64,000 nucleotides of DNA. Origin: Octopus vulgaris (Eukaryota). Below, one piece after another: positions 28,852-42,312 of this stretch. The stretch is from positions 75,268,001 to 75,332,000 of the forward strand of contig OX597816.1 in the NCBI GenBank assembly GCA_951406725.2, read 5' to 3'. The translations under genes were made by a program, and so were the position numbers. Each line of letters starts with the position of its first letter. Position 1 is the first letter of the stretch. The notes under the pieces are model-generated. The model worked only from the letters and a program-made list of their open reading frames with translations, made no database searches and was not told the DNA's origin.

Positions 28852-29678
28852 GTATCTGAAACTCACAAATGTTTCGGCCTTTAACCTGTATGCTTACCCT
28901 AAGTGGCACAGTGAGGACTGAATTACTCATGATCTGTGGATGGGTTCGACTTACAGTCTCAATCAATCATAGTCATATATATTTATGTATGTATATGTGT
29001 ATGTGGGTGCATTTATTTTCTAAATTCTTTGAAATCATAAAAAAAAAAATGACTGCTTTCTAAGTAAAACACAAAACTCTATTGTTGGACTTTAGATATC
29101 AGCAATGGGATAGAGTTACATGATAAACTTTACAGAAGCCTTGAATATTTTCACTCTTCCACTTACAGACAGAATTTGCTGAATATGTTAAATGTGTTGT
29201 CTTTCATTTCTTAAAAACCTAAATATTTAAAAAACTTTTGATTTCCCTTTCAGTACCATAACAAAGTATATGATTACAAATGCATGTAAATCTATGTCTG
29301 GATAGTGTTAAAAGTTTTTGAAACAATTGCTCAATATTTATATGCTATTATTTATAGATTTATGTGAGCTTTGAGATTCACTGTTCCAAAACAACTACTG
29401 TTTCATGTTCTCCAAAAAAGTGTATAAAAATTATTATGATGTTAACGTATATGTATATATATATTTATATGTACATACATACATGCATACACACACATTC
29501 ACACATACATACATACAGACAGACCAACATATAAATAGATAGATAGATACATGCATACATACATACATATATTCAAATATATATACACATATATATTCAT
29601 ATTTATATACTTACATACTTATATATATATGTACATATACATATATGTGTATATGCATGTATTATACATACATAACAC

Positions 29679-29746
<68 letters not shown>

Positions 29747-30913
29747 GTGTATGCATGTATTATACATACATATACACATGTATATATATATGTACGCATG
29801 TATGTATTCATAAAAAAATAAACACACACACAGAAACATACACACAAACACACATGCACATATGATATATATATATATATATATATATATAGTATGAATA
29901 TATTGGAATTCACATGATGGGAAATGTTATAGTTTTGTGCCACGTGTTTCTTTTAGCATTCTTTTCCAGTACTTATTCCTTCCTCCAAAACCACCAACAC
30001 AGAAATTCTTCTGCTTTCGTCAAGTTGCTGATGCTGCCACAGGAATCAGCTCACACCACCCTCAGCACGAAAAAAAATAAAATATGTTCCTTTTAAAAAC
30101 ATGTTACTTTTGTTGTTGTTGTTGTTGTTGTTGTTTAGACTCCAGTCAAACATGATCAAGCAAATCTCCGATCAGAGGTGTGCCAGCTGTGACCATCACA
30201 TTTCTCTCTCTCTCCCTTTTTGTTTTTTGTTTTTTTCTAAATTTTTGTTTACATGTATAACGTATATCTAGTGCATGACGAAAAGTATTCTAGCTATAAT
30301 CATTTATAGATTTCTCAGATTACATTATAACTAAATTTTTCCTTAACTAAATTGTACTTTTAGGGATGTTTGGCTGTTATTTCTAGTAAGTCATGCAACC
30401 ACAGTGAGTTCATTTCAATGGTGTGTTTGTCCTAGTAGTGGTAATTTCCTGCATAAGTCTTTAGTGAATCATATTGCTATATATCTATTTCAAGAGAATG
30501 AGAAGTAAACCGATGTACATTCATCCTTCTGTGACCAAGTCACATTTGTAAGCAGTTTTTGCAAAATGCCTGACTATAAAAATCATATTAAGTAGAACTG
30601 GTAGAATGTCAGACAAAATGCCTTGTAATATTTAGTTACAAACCCCTGACATCCTGAGTTCAAATTTTGCAAAGGTTTGACTTTACTTTTCAACTAACAC
30701 TCTCTTCCAAATTTTTGGTCTTCTAACCATAATAGAGATGGTTATTATTGGCAGAATCAGTAGTAAATCAATCAAAATGTCCTACAGTATTTAAATATGC
30801 AACTCTACAATCTGGCTTCACATCCACTGGGCTCTCTTTACCTTTCCTCTTATAGTTGATGAAATAAGTATCAACCAACCAAATACACACATACATTCAC
30901 ACATGCGCACAAA

Positions 30914-33192
30914 GTGTCTGAGATTGCAAGACAGTGTGTGAGAGAAAATTATGATGTCAGGAGAGAAATGTGTCTGCATGGATGATGGTGCACCTGCATT
31001 TAATGATTCTACAGAGAAAGAGGCTTGGAAATGCCATTATGAAAGACTGCTGAATGTGGAAAATGAATGGGAGAAGAAGAGTCTACCAAATGTTGACCCA
31101 TCTGAGGGACCAGCTATCCAAATTGCCAGCACCCTGGTAAATAAATCAATTAAGGATATGAAGACAGGGAAAGCCCCCCCCAACCCATCACTGCTGAGAT
31201 CCTTAAAATATCTGGCAGTGTGGGTTAGGGTTTAATCACCCATATTGTAAATCAGGTGGTTCACAAAGGAATCATACCCAATGACTGGTGTAGCAGCAAC
31301 ATAGTTAACTGCTACAAGGGTAAAGGTGGTGCCTTAGAAATAATTACAGAGGTATCAAATTGTTAGGTCAGGTGATGAAAGTTACAGAGAGAGTCATAGC
31401 CCAACTAATTAGGGAAAGAGTTAGTCTAGATGAGATGCAGTTTGGTTTTGTGCCAGAGAGAAGCACCACTGGTGCTATGTTTTTGGTAAGGCAGCTGCAG
31501 GAGAAATATCTAGCCAAAGATAAACCTCTGTACTTGGCTTTTGTTGACTTGGAGAAAGCCTTTGACAGGGTCCCTTGATCCCTTATCTAGTGGTCAATGC
31601 AGAAACTAGGGATAGACAAGTGGTTGGTGAGAGCTGTACAAGCCATGTACAGAGACATTATCAGTAAGGTGAGGGTTGGCAATGAGTACAGCAAAGAATT
31701 CAGGGTACAAGTGGGGGTCCATCAAGGATCGGTCCTCAGCCCCCACTTGTTCATCATAGTCCTCCAGGAAATAACAGAGCAATTTAAGACAGGCTGCCCC
31801 TGGGAGCTCATCTAAGCTGATGACCTTGCTCTTATAGCTGAATGACTACCAGAACTAGAGAAGAAGTTCCAGGTATGGAAGCAAGGTCTAGAATTGGAGA
31901 GCCTTAGAGTTAACCTAGCAAAAACCAGTCTTAGTTAGTAGGAAGGCAGATAAATCACAAATCCCTTCAGGTAGATGGCCTTGCTCGATCTGTAGAAAAG
32001 GCATAGGTAAAAACTCCATTGGATGTACCCAGTGTAAGCTATGGACACATAAAAGGTGCAGCAATATCAGTGGAAGTTTAACTGGGAAAATAACTTTTGT
32101 ATGTAGAAGATGCATGAGTAAAATAAACACCAAAAATGTACAGAAAATAGAGCCCATCAACTGCCAGAGGAGTGAGCTAGAGGTTGTAGGTAGCTTCTGT
32201 TATCCAGGTGACCAAGTTAGTAGGGAGGTGGATGCTCGAAGAGAGCAGCTGTGAGAATAAGTTTAGGCTGGGTAAAATTTGGAGTGCTCCTACCTCTACT
32301 GGCAACAAAGGCTTCTCTCTCAGAGTGAAAGGCAGATTGTATGATGCCTGTGTGTGAACAGCTATGCTACGTGGCAGTGAAACATGGGTTGTGACAGCTG
32401 AGGATATGCATAGGCTTGAAAGACATGAAGCCAGTATGCTTCTCTGATGTGCAATGTGAGTGTGCATGTTTGATAGAGTGTAAGCATCTTGAGAGAAAAG
32501 TTTGGCATAAGAGGCATTAAATGTGGTATGCAAGAGAGAAGACTGTGCTGGTATGGTTATGTGATGTATATGCATGGCTGTGTAAAGAAGTGCCAATCTC
32601 TAACTGTGGAGGGAAGCCATGGTAGAGGTAGACCCAGGAAGACATGGGACGAGTTGGTGAAGCATAATCTTTGACCTTTAGGCCCCACAGCAGCAATGTC
32701 TAGTGACTGAGGATATGCAGTGCTTGAGAAGACCCATCAAGCCAAGGGAAATCATAATTGTGGCTGATGCTGGTGGCATGGGTGCTAGTTATAAAGAGCA
32801 CCTTTCAAGCATTGAGCCTCATGGAGGTAAAGTGGCTGAGCTCCCTTCCAGCACTGGACCTCACAGAGGCTAAGTGGCTGAGCTCCTTTTGCGTGTTGGG
32901 CTTCACGGTGGCAATGACTGAGACCTTTGGCATTATGTCATGCTTGAGAAGATAACCCATCAAGCTGAGCAAAATTGCAGTTGTGGCAGATACCGGTATC
33001 ACGCAACTTACACCTGTGCTAGTGGCATAAAAGCACCCATTACACTCTCGGAGTGGTTGGCGTTAGTAAGGGCATTCAGTCGTAGAAACTATGCCAAATC
33101 AGACTGGAGTCTAGTGCAGTCTTCCAGCTTGCCAGCCTTGGTCAAACTGTCCAACTCAAGTTGCATGGTCAATGGACCTTAAATGATGATGA

Positions 33193-33195
<3 letters not shown>
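30914..33195 (+). mobile_element. RTE-clade LINE, longest copy (RT, PHD-type finger, 3'UTR), decayed
   Basis: MKTGKAP, QFGFVP, LAFVDLEKAFDRVP, GVHQGSVLSP, ELI*ADDL, GRGRPRKTWDELVKHNL; multiple stops and frameshifts; (GAT)n tail. Confidence 0.93.
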
Positions 33196-33251
<56 letters not shown>

Positions 33252-33269
33252 TATACACACATAGATAGA

Positions 33270-33760
33270 TAGACCCAGGAAGACATGAGGAAGTGGTGAA
33301 AAAGGATCTACAGATATTGGGACCCACAGAGAGGAAGACAAGGGATCAAAATTCCTGACAGTTTGCTGTACTTGAAAAGACAAGTCAAGCTAAGTAAAAG
33401 CATGGTCGTCCTTGCATACAGACTGTCCCCTGCATCCCTCTCCAGCTGAACATTCCTAACCTTGCAGATTCATGGGTGCTGGTGTCTTGTAAAAAGCACT
33501 TGTACCAGTGCCATATAACTGCACTTATGCCAGTGCTGCATAAAAGCACATGGTACACTCTGTGAAGTGGTTGGCATTAGATATCTAAGGTTACAAGAAC
33601 AAACCTGAGTCAAATTGAATAATAATGGTTTCAAATTTTTGCACAAGGCCAGCTGTAGAGACCATGCCAAAAGAGACATGGAACCTGGGCAGCTCCTGTC
33701 AAACCGTCCAACCCATGCCAGCATGGAAAACAAGATGTTAAATGATGATGATGATAGTGG
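33270..33760 (+). mobile_element. RTE 3' end module carrying a templated insertion
   Basis: RPRKT remnant, aaaaagcac units, tail ccatgccagcatggaaaacaagatgttaaatgatgat. Confidence 0.75.
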
Positions 33761-34304
33761 TGGTGGTGGTGATGATGATGATGATGATAAGGAGGAGGAG
33801 GATATCAATGTATGTATATATGAGTGTGAGTGTGTGTCTGGGTAAAACAGTGAGAAACATGAATAGCTGGTGATTTTTAAACAAAGCTCTTTGTTATATT
33901 TGCTCTACTGTGAGTAACAGATACTCCTTTGTCATCTTTGCCAACTGAAATACTGTGAATAAAGTATGATTGACCCATGGGAAATCAGTAATCAGTGACA
34001 CTACTTTTCACCAACTGCAATATAAAATACAAATAAGTAGGTACCGAGGTTGACTGTATCAACTGTTTTCACTGAATAAATTCTTGGCCTGGCAAAATTG
34101 TTAGAGTATCACAAAAAATGTTGTGTAGTTTTGTTCTAGCTATTTGCATTCTCAGTTGAAATCCCACCAAGGTCAACTTTGGTTTTCATTCTTTCATCAG
34201 TAAAATAAAGCACCAGCCAAGTACTGGGGCAAGTCATGTTGACCATCTCCCCTCCACCTCTCAAAATGCTAACCCCTTCATTCCTCAAAATTGCTAACCT
34301 CGTG

Positions 34305-34493
34305 TGTCAGACAAAATGCTTAGCAGCCTTTCTTCCAATTACATGTTCTGAGTTCAAAGGCTGCTGGGATTGGCTTTGCTTTTCATCCTTTCGGGGTTGA
34401 TAAAATAAGTACCAGTTGAGCAATGGTTGATGTGACTAACTTACCCCTTCTGAAATCGTTGGCCTTGTGTGAAAATTTGAAACCATTATTATT
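34305..34493 (+). mobile_element. SINE family B with (ATT)n tail
   Basis: gttctgagttcaaa...tttgcttttcatcctttcggggttgataaaataagtaccag. Confidence 0.8.
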
Positions 34494-35340
34494 CAGTTTG
34501 ACTCAGGTTTGTTCTTATTCTTGGTAGATTTTATGTGGGTAGTGGGTTACTACTTGTAACCTTAGATATCCACAAGCTTTCAATAATCTTTCAAGTGCTC
34601 AAAACCCTCTGATAATCTTTCTTGACCCTAATAGGCAAACTTTCTGTAGAAGTTTACAGGACACTCGATTCCAATCTCTTCCAACCATTTGTCTATATCA
34701 TTATTCATAATTCCTAATGCAACAATTATTTCAGGCACACTCTTTAGAGTTTTCATACTCCAAAGTCTCACAATTTCAAATTTTAAGGGATTGTATTTTT
34801 ATAATTTTTCATCTTCTTTCTTTACAATCCTGGAATCAAACAGACATGATGGATCAATTAGTAAAGAACTTGTTTTTTTCATGTCTATTACTGTTATGTT
34901 TCGTTTAATATTTTCTTATCCATTTGAATAGGAAAGTTCCATAAAACTTGCATTTCTTCAGCTCAAGCACTCTTTCAACTGAGTGATCATACCATGTGAT
35001 TCCAGCTTCAAACCACCATTTTTGACAAAGCTTCCAGTGCAAAACTTTCACAACTTTGTCATGCCCCCACTTCTTATATTTATTCTGAGCCAAGTTTAGA
35101 CATTCTGCAACAATGTTTGCCATAGCTGCAATAATAAGATTTTCTGTTCCTTCTTTTAATTGCCCTTTTTTCAACCAAGCCAGGTTTTTCTTCCACATAC
35201 ATTCTCAGTGACTTCTCAAAACCGATTATGCAAAGCTTTCAATCTGTTTAACATACATTTGTTGTCCTTTTCTCCTATTTCATACTTGATCACCTCTTCT
35301 TTATTCACTGCCTTTAGTAATTTCTTTGTGTTGCTCTGTA
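34494..35340 (-). mobile_element. R4/Dong-like RLE LINE 3' fragment
   Basis: WLKKGQLKEGTENLIIAA, HDKVVKVLHWKLC, WYDH, LIDPSCLFDSRIVKKEDEKL*KY..L, LQKVCLLGS; 3' end abuts (AAT)n. Confidence 0.85.
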
Positions 35341-35409
35341 AATATTCTATTATTATTATTACTATCATTTTTATTATTATCATCATCATCATCTTATTCT
35401 TATTAAAAC

Positions 35410-35642
35410 AGCAAGCTGGCAGAATCTATCATTGCATTCGGAGCTCAAATTCCATCTTTATGTTCTGAGCTCAAATTCCATCAACGTCAACTCTATCTTT
35501 CTTCCTTTCTGAGTTGATAAAATAAGTAACAATCAAGCACTGGGGTCGATGTAATTGACTAGCTCCCTCCCACAAAATTTCAGGCTTTGAGCCTTTAGTA
35601 GAAAGGATTACCATCATCATTATTATTATTATTATTATTATT
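35410..35642 (+). mobile_element. SINE family B with (ATT)n tail
   Basis: gcaagctggcagaatc...gttgataaaataagtaac...cactggggtcgatgtaattgact. Confidence 0.8.
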
Positions 35643-36205
35643 CAGTAGTCTTATTTTTATCATGTGCTTTCACTGCACTACTCAGCACAGCTCTGTGTAC
35701 CTTGGGTATGTGCCGTGGTGCTCTTATTTTCACTGTATTGAAAGCGTTTTATGTAGAATGTGTGCGGTGCCAAGTAGTGCTATTTTCTGTATGCTATATA
35801 TACTTGTAAATCCTGGTGTTTTTGTTATGCATTTGTCTGGATGTTTTTTATCATCCCTAATGCACCTATTATGATAGGAACTGTTTCTATTTTTAGGCTC
35901 CACATTCTAGTTACCCTTGTTTCTAGACCTTTCTAGTTTGAAAGTTTCTCCATTTCTTTTAGAGAAACGTTGTCATCTGTTGGTATTGATACATCGATTA
36001 TAAAGCATTTTTTTTCTTGGTGATCTCTGACAACTATATGACCTATTGGCCTTGATTTTTCTATGTGTGCATTGGTATATCCAAGAGTATGGCTGCTTTC
36101 TCATTTTCTGTGACCTTTTCTAGGGTGTGCCTACACCAGTCTTTTTTCTGTTGTTATTCCATAGTGTTGGCATAGCTTTCAGTGTATATAGGTCCCAACT
36201 CTGTC
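35643..36205 (-). mobile_element. R4/Dong-like RLE LINE 3' fragment (second family)
   Basis: KLCQHYGI..EKVTENEK..IVVRDHQEKKCFIIDVSIPTDDNVSLKEMEKLS..VPIIIGALG..IQKIALLGTAHILHK; 3' end abuts (AAT)n. Confidence 0.87.
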
Positions 36206-37288
36206 ATATTTGTACAATTTTTACATATTACAATATTACAAGTACTTTTAAGTTTTATAACAATCTTCTGATAAATGTTTGGGCAAACATGAAAATTCAG
36301 AAATAACTGCAGTTTCAATAACCTCATTATCCCCAATCACTACTAATGATAGATGCTGAAAATGAGCAATAGATGTGCTTGACAGAATCTCCCTTTCTCA
36401 CCTCTTCTGTAGTCACCATAAAAATTTACGGGTATCTGGAAGTGGGGCACATTACTTGATGCTTGGCCTATGGAAAAAATAACTTGCTAAATCTCCCTCA
36501 AATCACTTTTTAACATTTTAAAAATGAAAAGCATACTACATGATATAATTCTAAGTGCATCAGAATTGAAAACAAGATTGGGTGGTCACTGCTGAAATGT
36601 TTTTGATCAGAACTCTACTCAGACAGAATGACCTGAGGCTAAAAAACAACAATCAATCAGATATAGAATACATACTGGAGCAAAACCATGTCCAAACTGT
36701 AATACTGCACTCTAAATTATTAACCACTATATCTGCAATATGGTCCTCTGATAAGTGGAAGCATATCTGGAATGGTTTGTATGATCAGTTATGCTGCTCT
36801 GGGTTGATCAGAACTAAACCAGTGCTTTTCAACACTTCTAAAAATAACAACAACAATATAAAACTATCTGCAGTATTGCATTGCAGTGAAGATTAGACAG
36901 GTTAAGTCAAGTCAGTTAATATTGTCATTAATATGGCAATCTATATTGACAATTAATATATTCTGCCTCTGCTGGTAATTAGTGTATGCACTCTATTTTT
37001 AGTGAGGTTATATGCTCATCTGAGTTTCTATGAAGATTCAAATCCTTCAAAGGTTGACTTGGACTTTTGTTCTTTTGGAGTTTTTCAAGATGTAACTTTA
37101 AACCAACTTCGCCCATACCTTACAATGTTATTCTTATGTCTTAGTAAGAAGCCAATAGGTTTTAGGATGTTATATCTATCATTTGGTTCACATCAACATC
37201 CAATTAATACCAACTTTACTATCTGTACTGATGCTGCTATCAGATATAAATCAACTGATTTAGTCAGCAAATAGTTTCAGTAGTTGTG

Positions 37289-37335
37289 TTATTTGATGAT
37301 GACTTGAACTTTATTATGGTAACGTTTGCAACATT
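37289..37335 (-). CDS. Candidate last coding exon of an unknown minus-strand gene
   Basis: tgtttttag| acceptor; phase 1 gives (E)CCKRYHNKVQVIIK*; a donor aag|gtatgg follows at 37119. Confidence 0.25.
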
Positions 37336-38002
37336 CTAAAAACATAATGGATTGGCTGAACAAATTGAATGCTTTGTGATATTTGTTCTAACTCTCTATA
37401 TTCTGAGTTCAACTTTACCTTTCATCATTTAGGGGTTGTTAGGGGTTGATAAATGAAGTACAACTCCAGGTCTAGGTATGATTCTTCTTTCCATGGATTC
37501 TACAAGCATTTCAAAGATCCAGCCTTGTACCATTTTATTATATTTTACTTGTTGGGTCAAGAGGAAAGAGCAGTACCCATGGCCATTTCAGACCCTCCAA
37601 GAGCCATGAGATCAAGGCTTCTAATGTTCCTCTATACAAGTGATTCTCAAACTTTTTTTTATGTAGAGACCCCTTTCATTACTATTTTATTCTGGTGGCC
37701 CACCATAGCCATTCAATGTTTAAAAATTAATTTTATAGATACTTTCAAAATTCCTATTTTGCTTTTCATACTTGTGGAGGTAGAATTATGTAAAATTATG
37801 GAGAAAGAAATTTAGTTGTTTCTTGTAATAAATACATCTGAAGTAAAATGTTTTCATGAAATCTTAACATACTACTGTGAGTCCCCAATTTACTATTTTG
37901 TTCACATGGACCCCACTAAAATCTTATATAAACCCCCCCCACATCACCCATCTATACCAAAACCTGCAGGAAAGATACAAGCAAAGAGGGAATTCAAGTA
38001 AA

Positions 38003-38190
38003 TCAATATTCTGGCAAAGACAAGATGTTGTAGTTAGTGTAGGACCTGGAAGGGTATTGGATGCAACAAAGGTAATGAGAGGAGATGGTGGCGGGACGAG
38101 AATACCTGAGTGGAGGAGGTATAAGTCCAGCCAGCTTTGAGGAGAAGTCATTATAATAGCAATAGAATAAGCAGAGTGAAATGACAGCAT
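38003..38190 (-). mobile_element. CR1/L2/Jockey-like LINE ORF2 C-terminal relic
   Basis: SLCLFYCYYNDFSSKLAGLIPPPLRYSR resembles the post-RT C-terminus of these clades. Confidence 0.5.
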
Positions 38191-39587
38191 ACTTATGATA
38201 GAGCATGGGTGATTTTATGCCAATCATTCAGGAGACCTTTTTCTGCATAAAGTATAGTACGAGTGCATGAGTACAGCAACACATTCAGCCTGAGAATTGT
38301 ATTAAGGGTATATGTGTCTGCAGAATACTCTGTCATTTGCATATTCACTTTCTGAATACAAATACAGTTGATCAAATAACTGAAAGCTCCTTGTTGATAC
38401 TAACAAAAAACCTACCATTTGTGTCAGAAGACAATTGTAACATTTTGCAAGTTAGTTCAAACTCAATGAGCAACCCCATAATAGCTAAGAAATCCTACTC
38501 AAACATAATAAGCTGTCACTCTCACACACTTGCTAGTTGTCTTCCTTTTTCCTTAGTATTCATATCAGAAAGTGCAACTCACTTGCAGAGGCACATAGGC
38601 TGTTTGAGAGAATCTTCCAAGAAGATTGCTGTTTATAAAAATTTTTTGGATATGTTTGTCTTCCATCTATTGATTGTGTCCAAGACACTACAGATTAAGA
38701 TGTAAGTTGAAAAAAGGTGGATTGAACCATAAATGTTTTTACTATGGCAAAATAATTCAGCATATTTAGCAGAGCTCAGAGAGATTACTGGGTCACTGAC
38801 ACTCCTATTGTCTAATATGCCTTTTTTTTTCCCCTGAAAGCAAAACTTTTCCTTGTTTTGTGTGAAGATGGTAGCCAGGATAATTTTTTTACCATATTGA
38901 TCATCCTTATCACATGATAGTTTTTCTAGGCATACCAACTCATATTGTTTTTTTTTCAGATTGCACATGCGTTGAATAGTCCAAAGCTAACCCTGTATAT
39001 ATATGTACATACATATATATACATATACACACACATGTGTGTGTGTGTTAAATATAATAGGCAGCCTTCGGTTTCCATCTACCAAATCCACACACAAGGA
39101 TTTGGTTAGCCAAGGGCTATAGTAGAAAACAATTACCAAGGCAGCATGCAGTGTGATTGAACCCAAGACCACATGGTTGGGAAGCAAGTTTCTTTACCCA
39201 CACAGCATGATATATATAGTGCCACATAAAAAGCAACAAGTACACCATGTAAAGTAGTTGGTGTTTGGAAGGACATCTAGCCATAGAAATCATGCCAAAA
39301 CAAACAACAGAACCTGGTGCTTGCCAGCTGTTTGTCAAACCATCCAACTCATGCCAACATGGAAGATGGACATTAAAACATTAAATGATGATGATGATGT
39401 ATATTCATGTTTTGTGTCTGCTAGTTTTGTTTTTTAAATTATTTTATGTGTACAATGTGAGAATGGTTGACCTGCACCTTTCTGATATGACCAATATAAT
39501 GCATAAGTGTGCTAGATCTTGCATGAATCAAATTACTTATAGCGTGAATCACATAGAAATAATCTCGTTGTCTTAACTGAATTTCAC

Positions 39588-39705
39588 CTTTACAAAAAAT
39601 GTTTCTATCAGCATGAAGAATATTGGGATCTTTGTGGTCTTCATCACTGTTTACAATTCTGTTCCAAATGTTTTCAAATTTGGTAACTGGATTAAGTTTT
39701 GTATA
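39588..39705 (-). CDS. Candidate internal exon, unknown protein
   Basis: cattttcataattag| ... aag|gtgaaa; open frame YTKLNPVTKFENIWNRIVNSDEDHKDPNILHADRNIFCK; phase matches the 41835-41911 exon. Confidence 0.4.
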
Positions 39706-40139
39706 CTAATTATGAAAATGAAATCATTTTTTCTATAAATTCATAATTAAAAAGTTATTAGCCTTTAAAATTTGCAAAATTTGGGTATTTTAGCCAATTG
39801 GAAGTATTTTACATATTACCATGGCAAAAAATTGTTTCCATAGTAACCAAAGATGCTGTGCATGCACAGGAGGAGAAGGAGATATGAGGAAGATAATGTA
39901 TTTTATAAAATCCTAGAGTGTATAGCAGACTTTTGTTCTTGAATTTTTTAAACTAATAAATGTCTGTTTTAAGCAATGTTTGACTGTTATTTCTAGTAAC
40001 TCCTGTTGGTTTGTTTGTTCATAGCTTTTAAATATTTAATTTGCTCGCAAATGTTTTAATGTTAACTTTGCTTGTGTATATTTCAATGTTTTGACTGTTA
40101 TTTCTAGCAATGTTTTGACATTGCTGTGTTACTTTGGAG

Positions 40140-41575
40140 GTCAGGTCTTCTTTCAGCATTGTGCCAATGTCATGGTCATTTTTCATCTCTTCTGAGTGGG
40201 TCATCATCTTAAGAGAAGTTTAAGTTTTTACTATGTTGCCATATGTCTCCCTGAGTTTCTTACTTCTAGTTCCATTAACCATGAGTGCATGACATTTCTA
40301 CAATTTTAATCACTAACACAATCTTCCCTTTGGTGCACAACTGATTTCTCTGACATTATTTTTTTTTCTCTAAGCTCGTTTGTACTCCATCATTTGTACA
40401 CACTAATATTACACATTAAGTGGAACATCATTGTTCACTTCATTTCGTTCTAGTCTTCACCAATACTCTGTATTCAAGGCCCATGTTTCACTATTGTGCA
40501 ATATTACACTTTGCATACAAACATTATAGTCTGCCTTGACTCTGAAAGAGAAACTTTGTTACTAGCAGAAGTAAAAGCTCCCTGATTTTCTCAATTTCCA
40601 TTCTTACTCTGGCTATTATGGTTTTGAAACAACTCCCTCCACTGTTACATAGGTCACCTAGGTAACATATACTATCAGCTACTTCTTGAGAGCCACCTAG
40701 GTATTAGAGATCATCTATTACAAGGGTGCTTTTAGTGCTTACTATAACTATGTATATGAATTTCATCTCCCCTATTAGCCTACATGCGATTCCATTATAA
40801 TTCGTGTATCAATAGGTTACACTAGTAACATTATATAGAATTTCTATCTATTCCTTTTCTGCTTTATTGAACAGGGTTGTTTCCTTGCTGATAGCAGGAT
40901 CCTGTGTCATTCCCTACTAATTAAAACTTTCATCTTTGCTAAATTTACTTTAAAGCCTCTTGATTCTAGATTCTGATACCAAGTCTTGAATTCTCTAAAC
41001 TCTAAGCAAATTCAGCTATAATTAGTTTTCTGAATACAAGACTTTCCATGGACAGTCAGTTTTAAACTCCTCTATTGAGGCCTAGAGGTCTATATTAAAC
41101 ATGAAGAGGCTGAAGGCTGAGCCCTGATTGATCCCTATTTACATGCTAAATTCATTGCTGACTCTCACCTATGTTTTTGTGCATGGCTTGAACAGCCCTC
41201 AAAAGCCATTTGTTTTGCCTTGTTTTTTTAATGATCATCAGACTACATAGAAATTGGTCAAACACCTTCTTCAAACAAACAAGGTATAGGGGCTTATTCC
41301 TTGCTAAGGTCTTCTGCAGTTGCTCACTAGAAAGATTACACCAGTCACACCTCTTCCAGATCCAAAGCTGAACTGTATCACATCTAAGCTAGTTTTTTCT
41401 CAATCAATCTGGCTACTACTCTTTTCTGTAACTTTATTAACCTTGTGCAATAATTAAATGCCTTTACAATTTCTCTCTCAAGTGTATCATCTTTGCACTT
41501 GTAACAGTTGATACTAATGCTGCTATGCCAGTCAGTGGGTCCAACACCTTCCTGTAGTATCAGATTAAACTATTC
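40140..41575 (-). mobile_element. Old, heavily decayed RTE-clade LINE
   Basis: Colinear reverse-complement similarity to the RT region of 30914-32720 (GVGPTDWHSS.., NQGSAFS, YLGD, ETWA). Confidence 0.8.
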
Positions 41576-41834
41576 AAAAGACTAGCCTGTGCTTGACTCC
41601 ATGTTGACCAAGAAAGAGAAAGACAGGACTGATAGATTTTGGTACCGGTGTTGCTACGGGGGAACACAAAATGTAAAGAATTGAAATTGATTCTGCAAGG
41701 TATTTCGTAGGACGTTCTAGCAATTCCGCCAATCCACTGTCAGGCATGGGTACTTTATTTATCGATCCGAAAGAGCGGCAAAAGTGATTTCGGCAGGATT
41801 TGAAATCAGAGCTTTCTAACGACTGCCAATACAC

Positions 41835-41911
41835 CTTATCGTGGATCATCCGTCGACTCAAGGGCGTGATGTTGAGAAGGTGCTTGTGTCTGCTCGCGAC
41901 TATATGGGCAC
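41835..41911 (-). CDS. Candidate internal exon, unknown protein
   Basis: ctttctttagcagttttag| ... aag|gtgtat; only one frame open, (G)AHIVASRHKHLLNITPLSRRMIHDK; phase matches both neighbours. Confidence 0.42.
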
Positions 41912-42238
41912 CTAAAACTGCTAAAGAAAGCATGGTGCATGTTGATACTAAGTCAAACTCGATAGCAATAGCCGTACTTATATGAATACATACATAGATA
42001 ATACGCAATTCATATGTACTTTTATATGTGTAACACGAAGATATATTTTTTAAAAATCTTTTATTGTAACCACAAAATAACATCAAATTACAATGCTATA
42101 AACAAATAAAACAGTCTAAAACATCTATGGTCAAAGGGTCCGTGACAAATTATCAAAACTGGCGACTGTGGACAAAGAAAGTGTTTCTTATAACTTAATC
42201 AACAAAATATTTAATAAAGAGAAAATTCTCACATGAGA

Positions 42239-42312
<74 letters not shown>

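Noticed and set aside
41574-42086. 170 aa minus-strand ORF as a single-exon gene
   Set aside because: Its 3' part runs through a SINE B relic (41690-41810); only 41835-41911 looks exonic.
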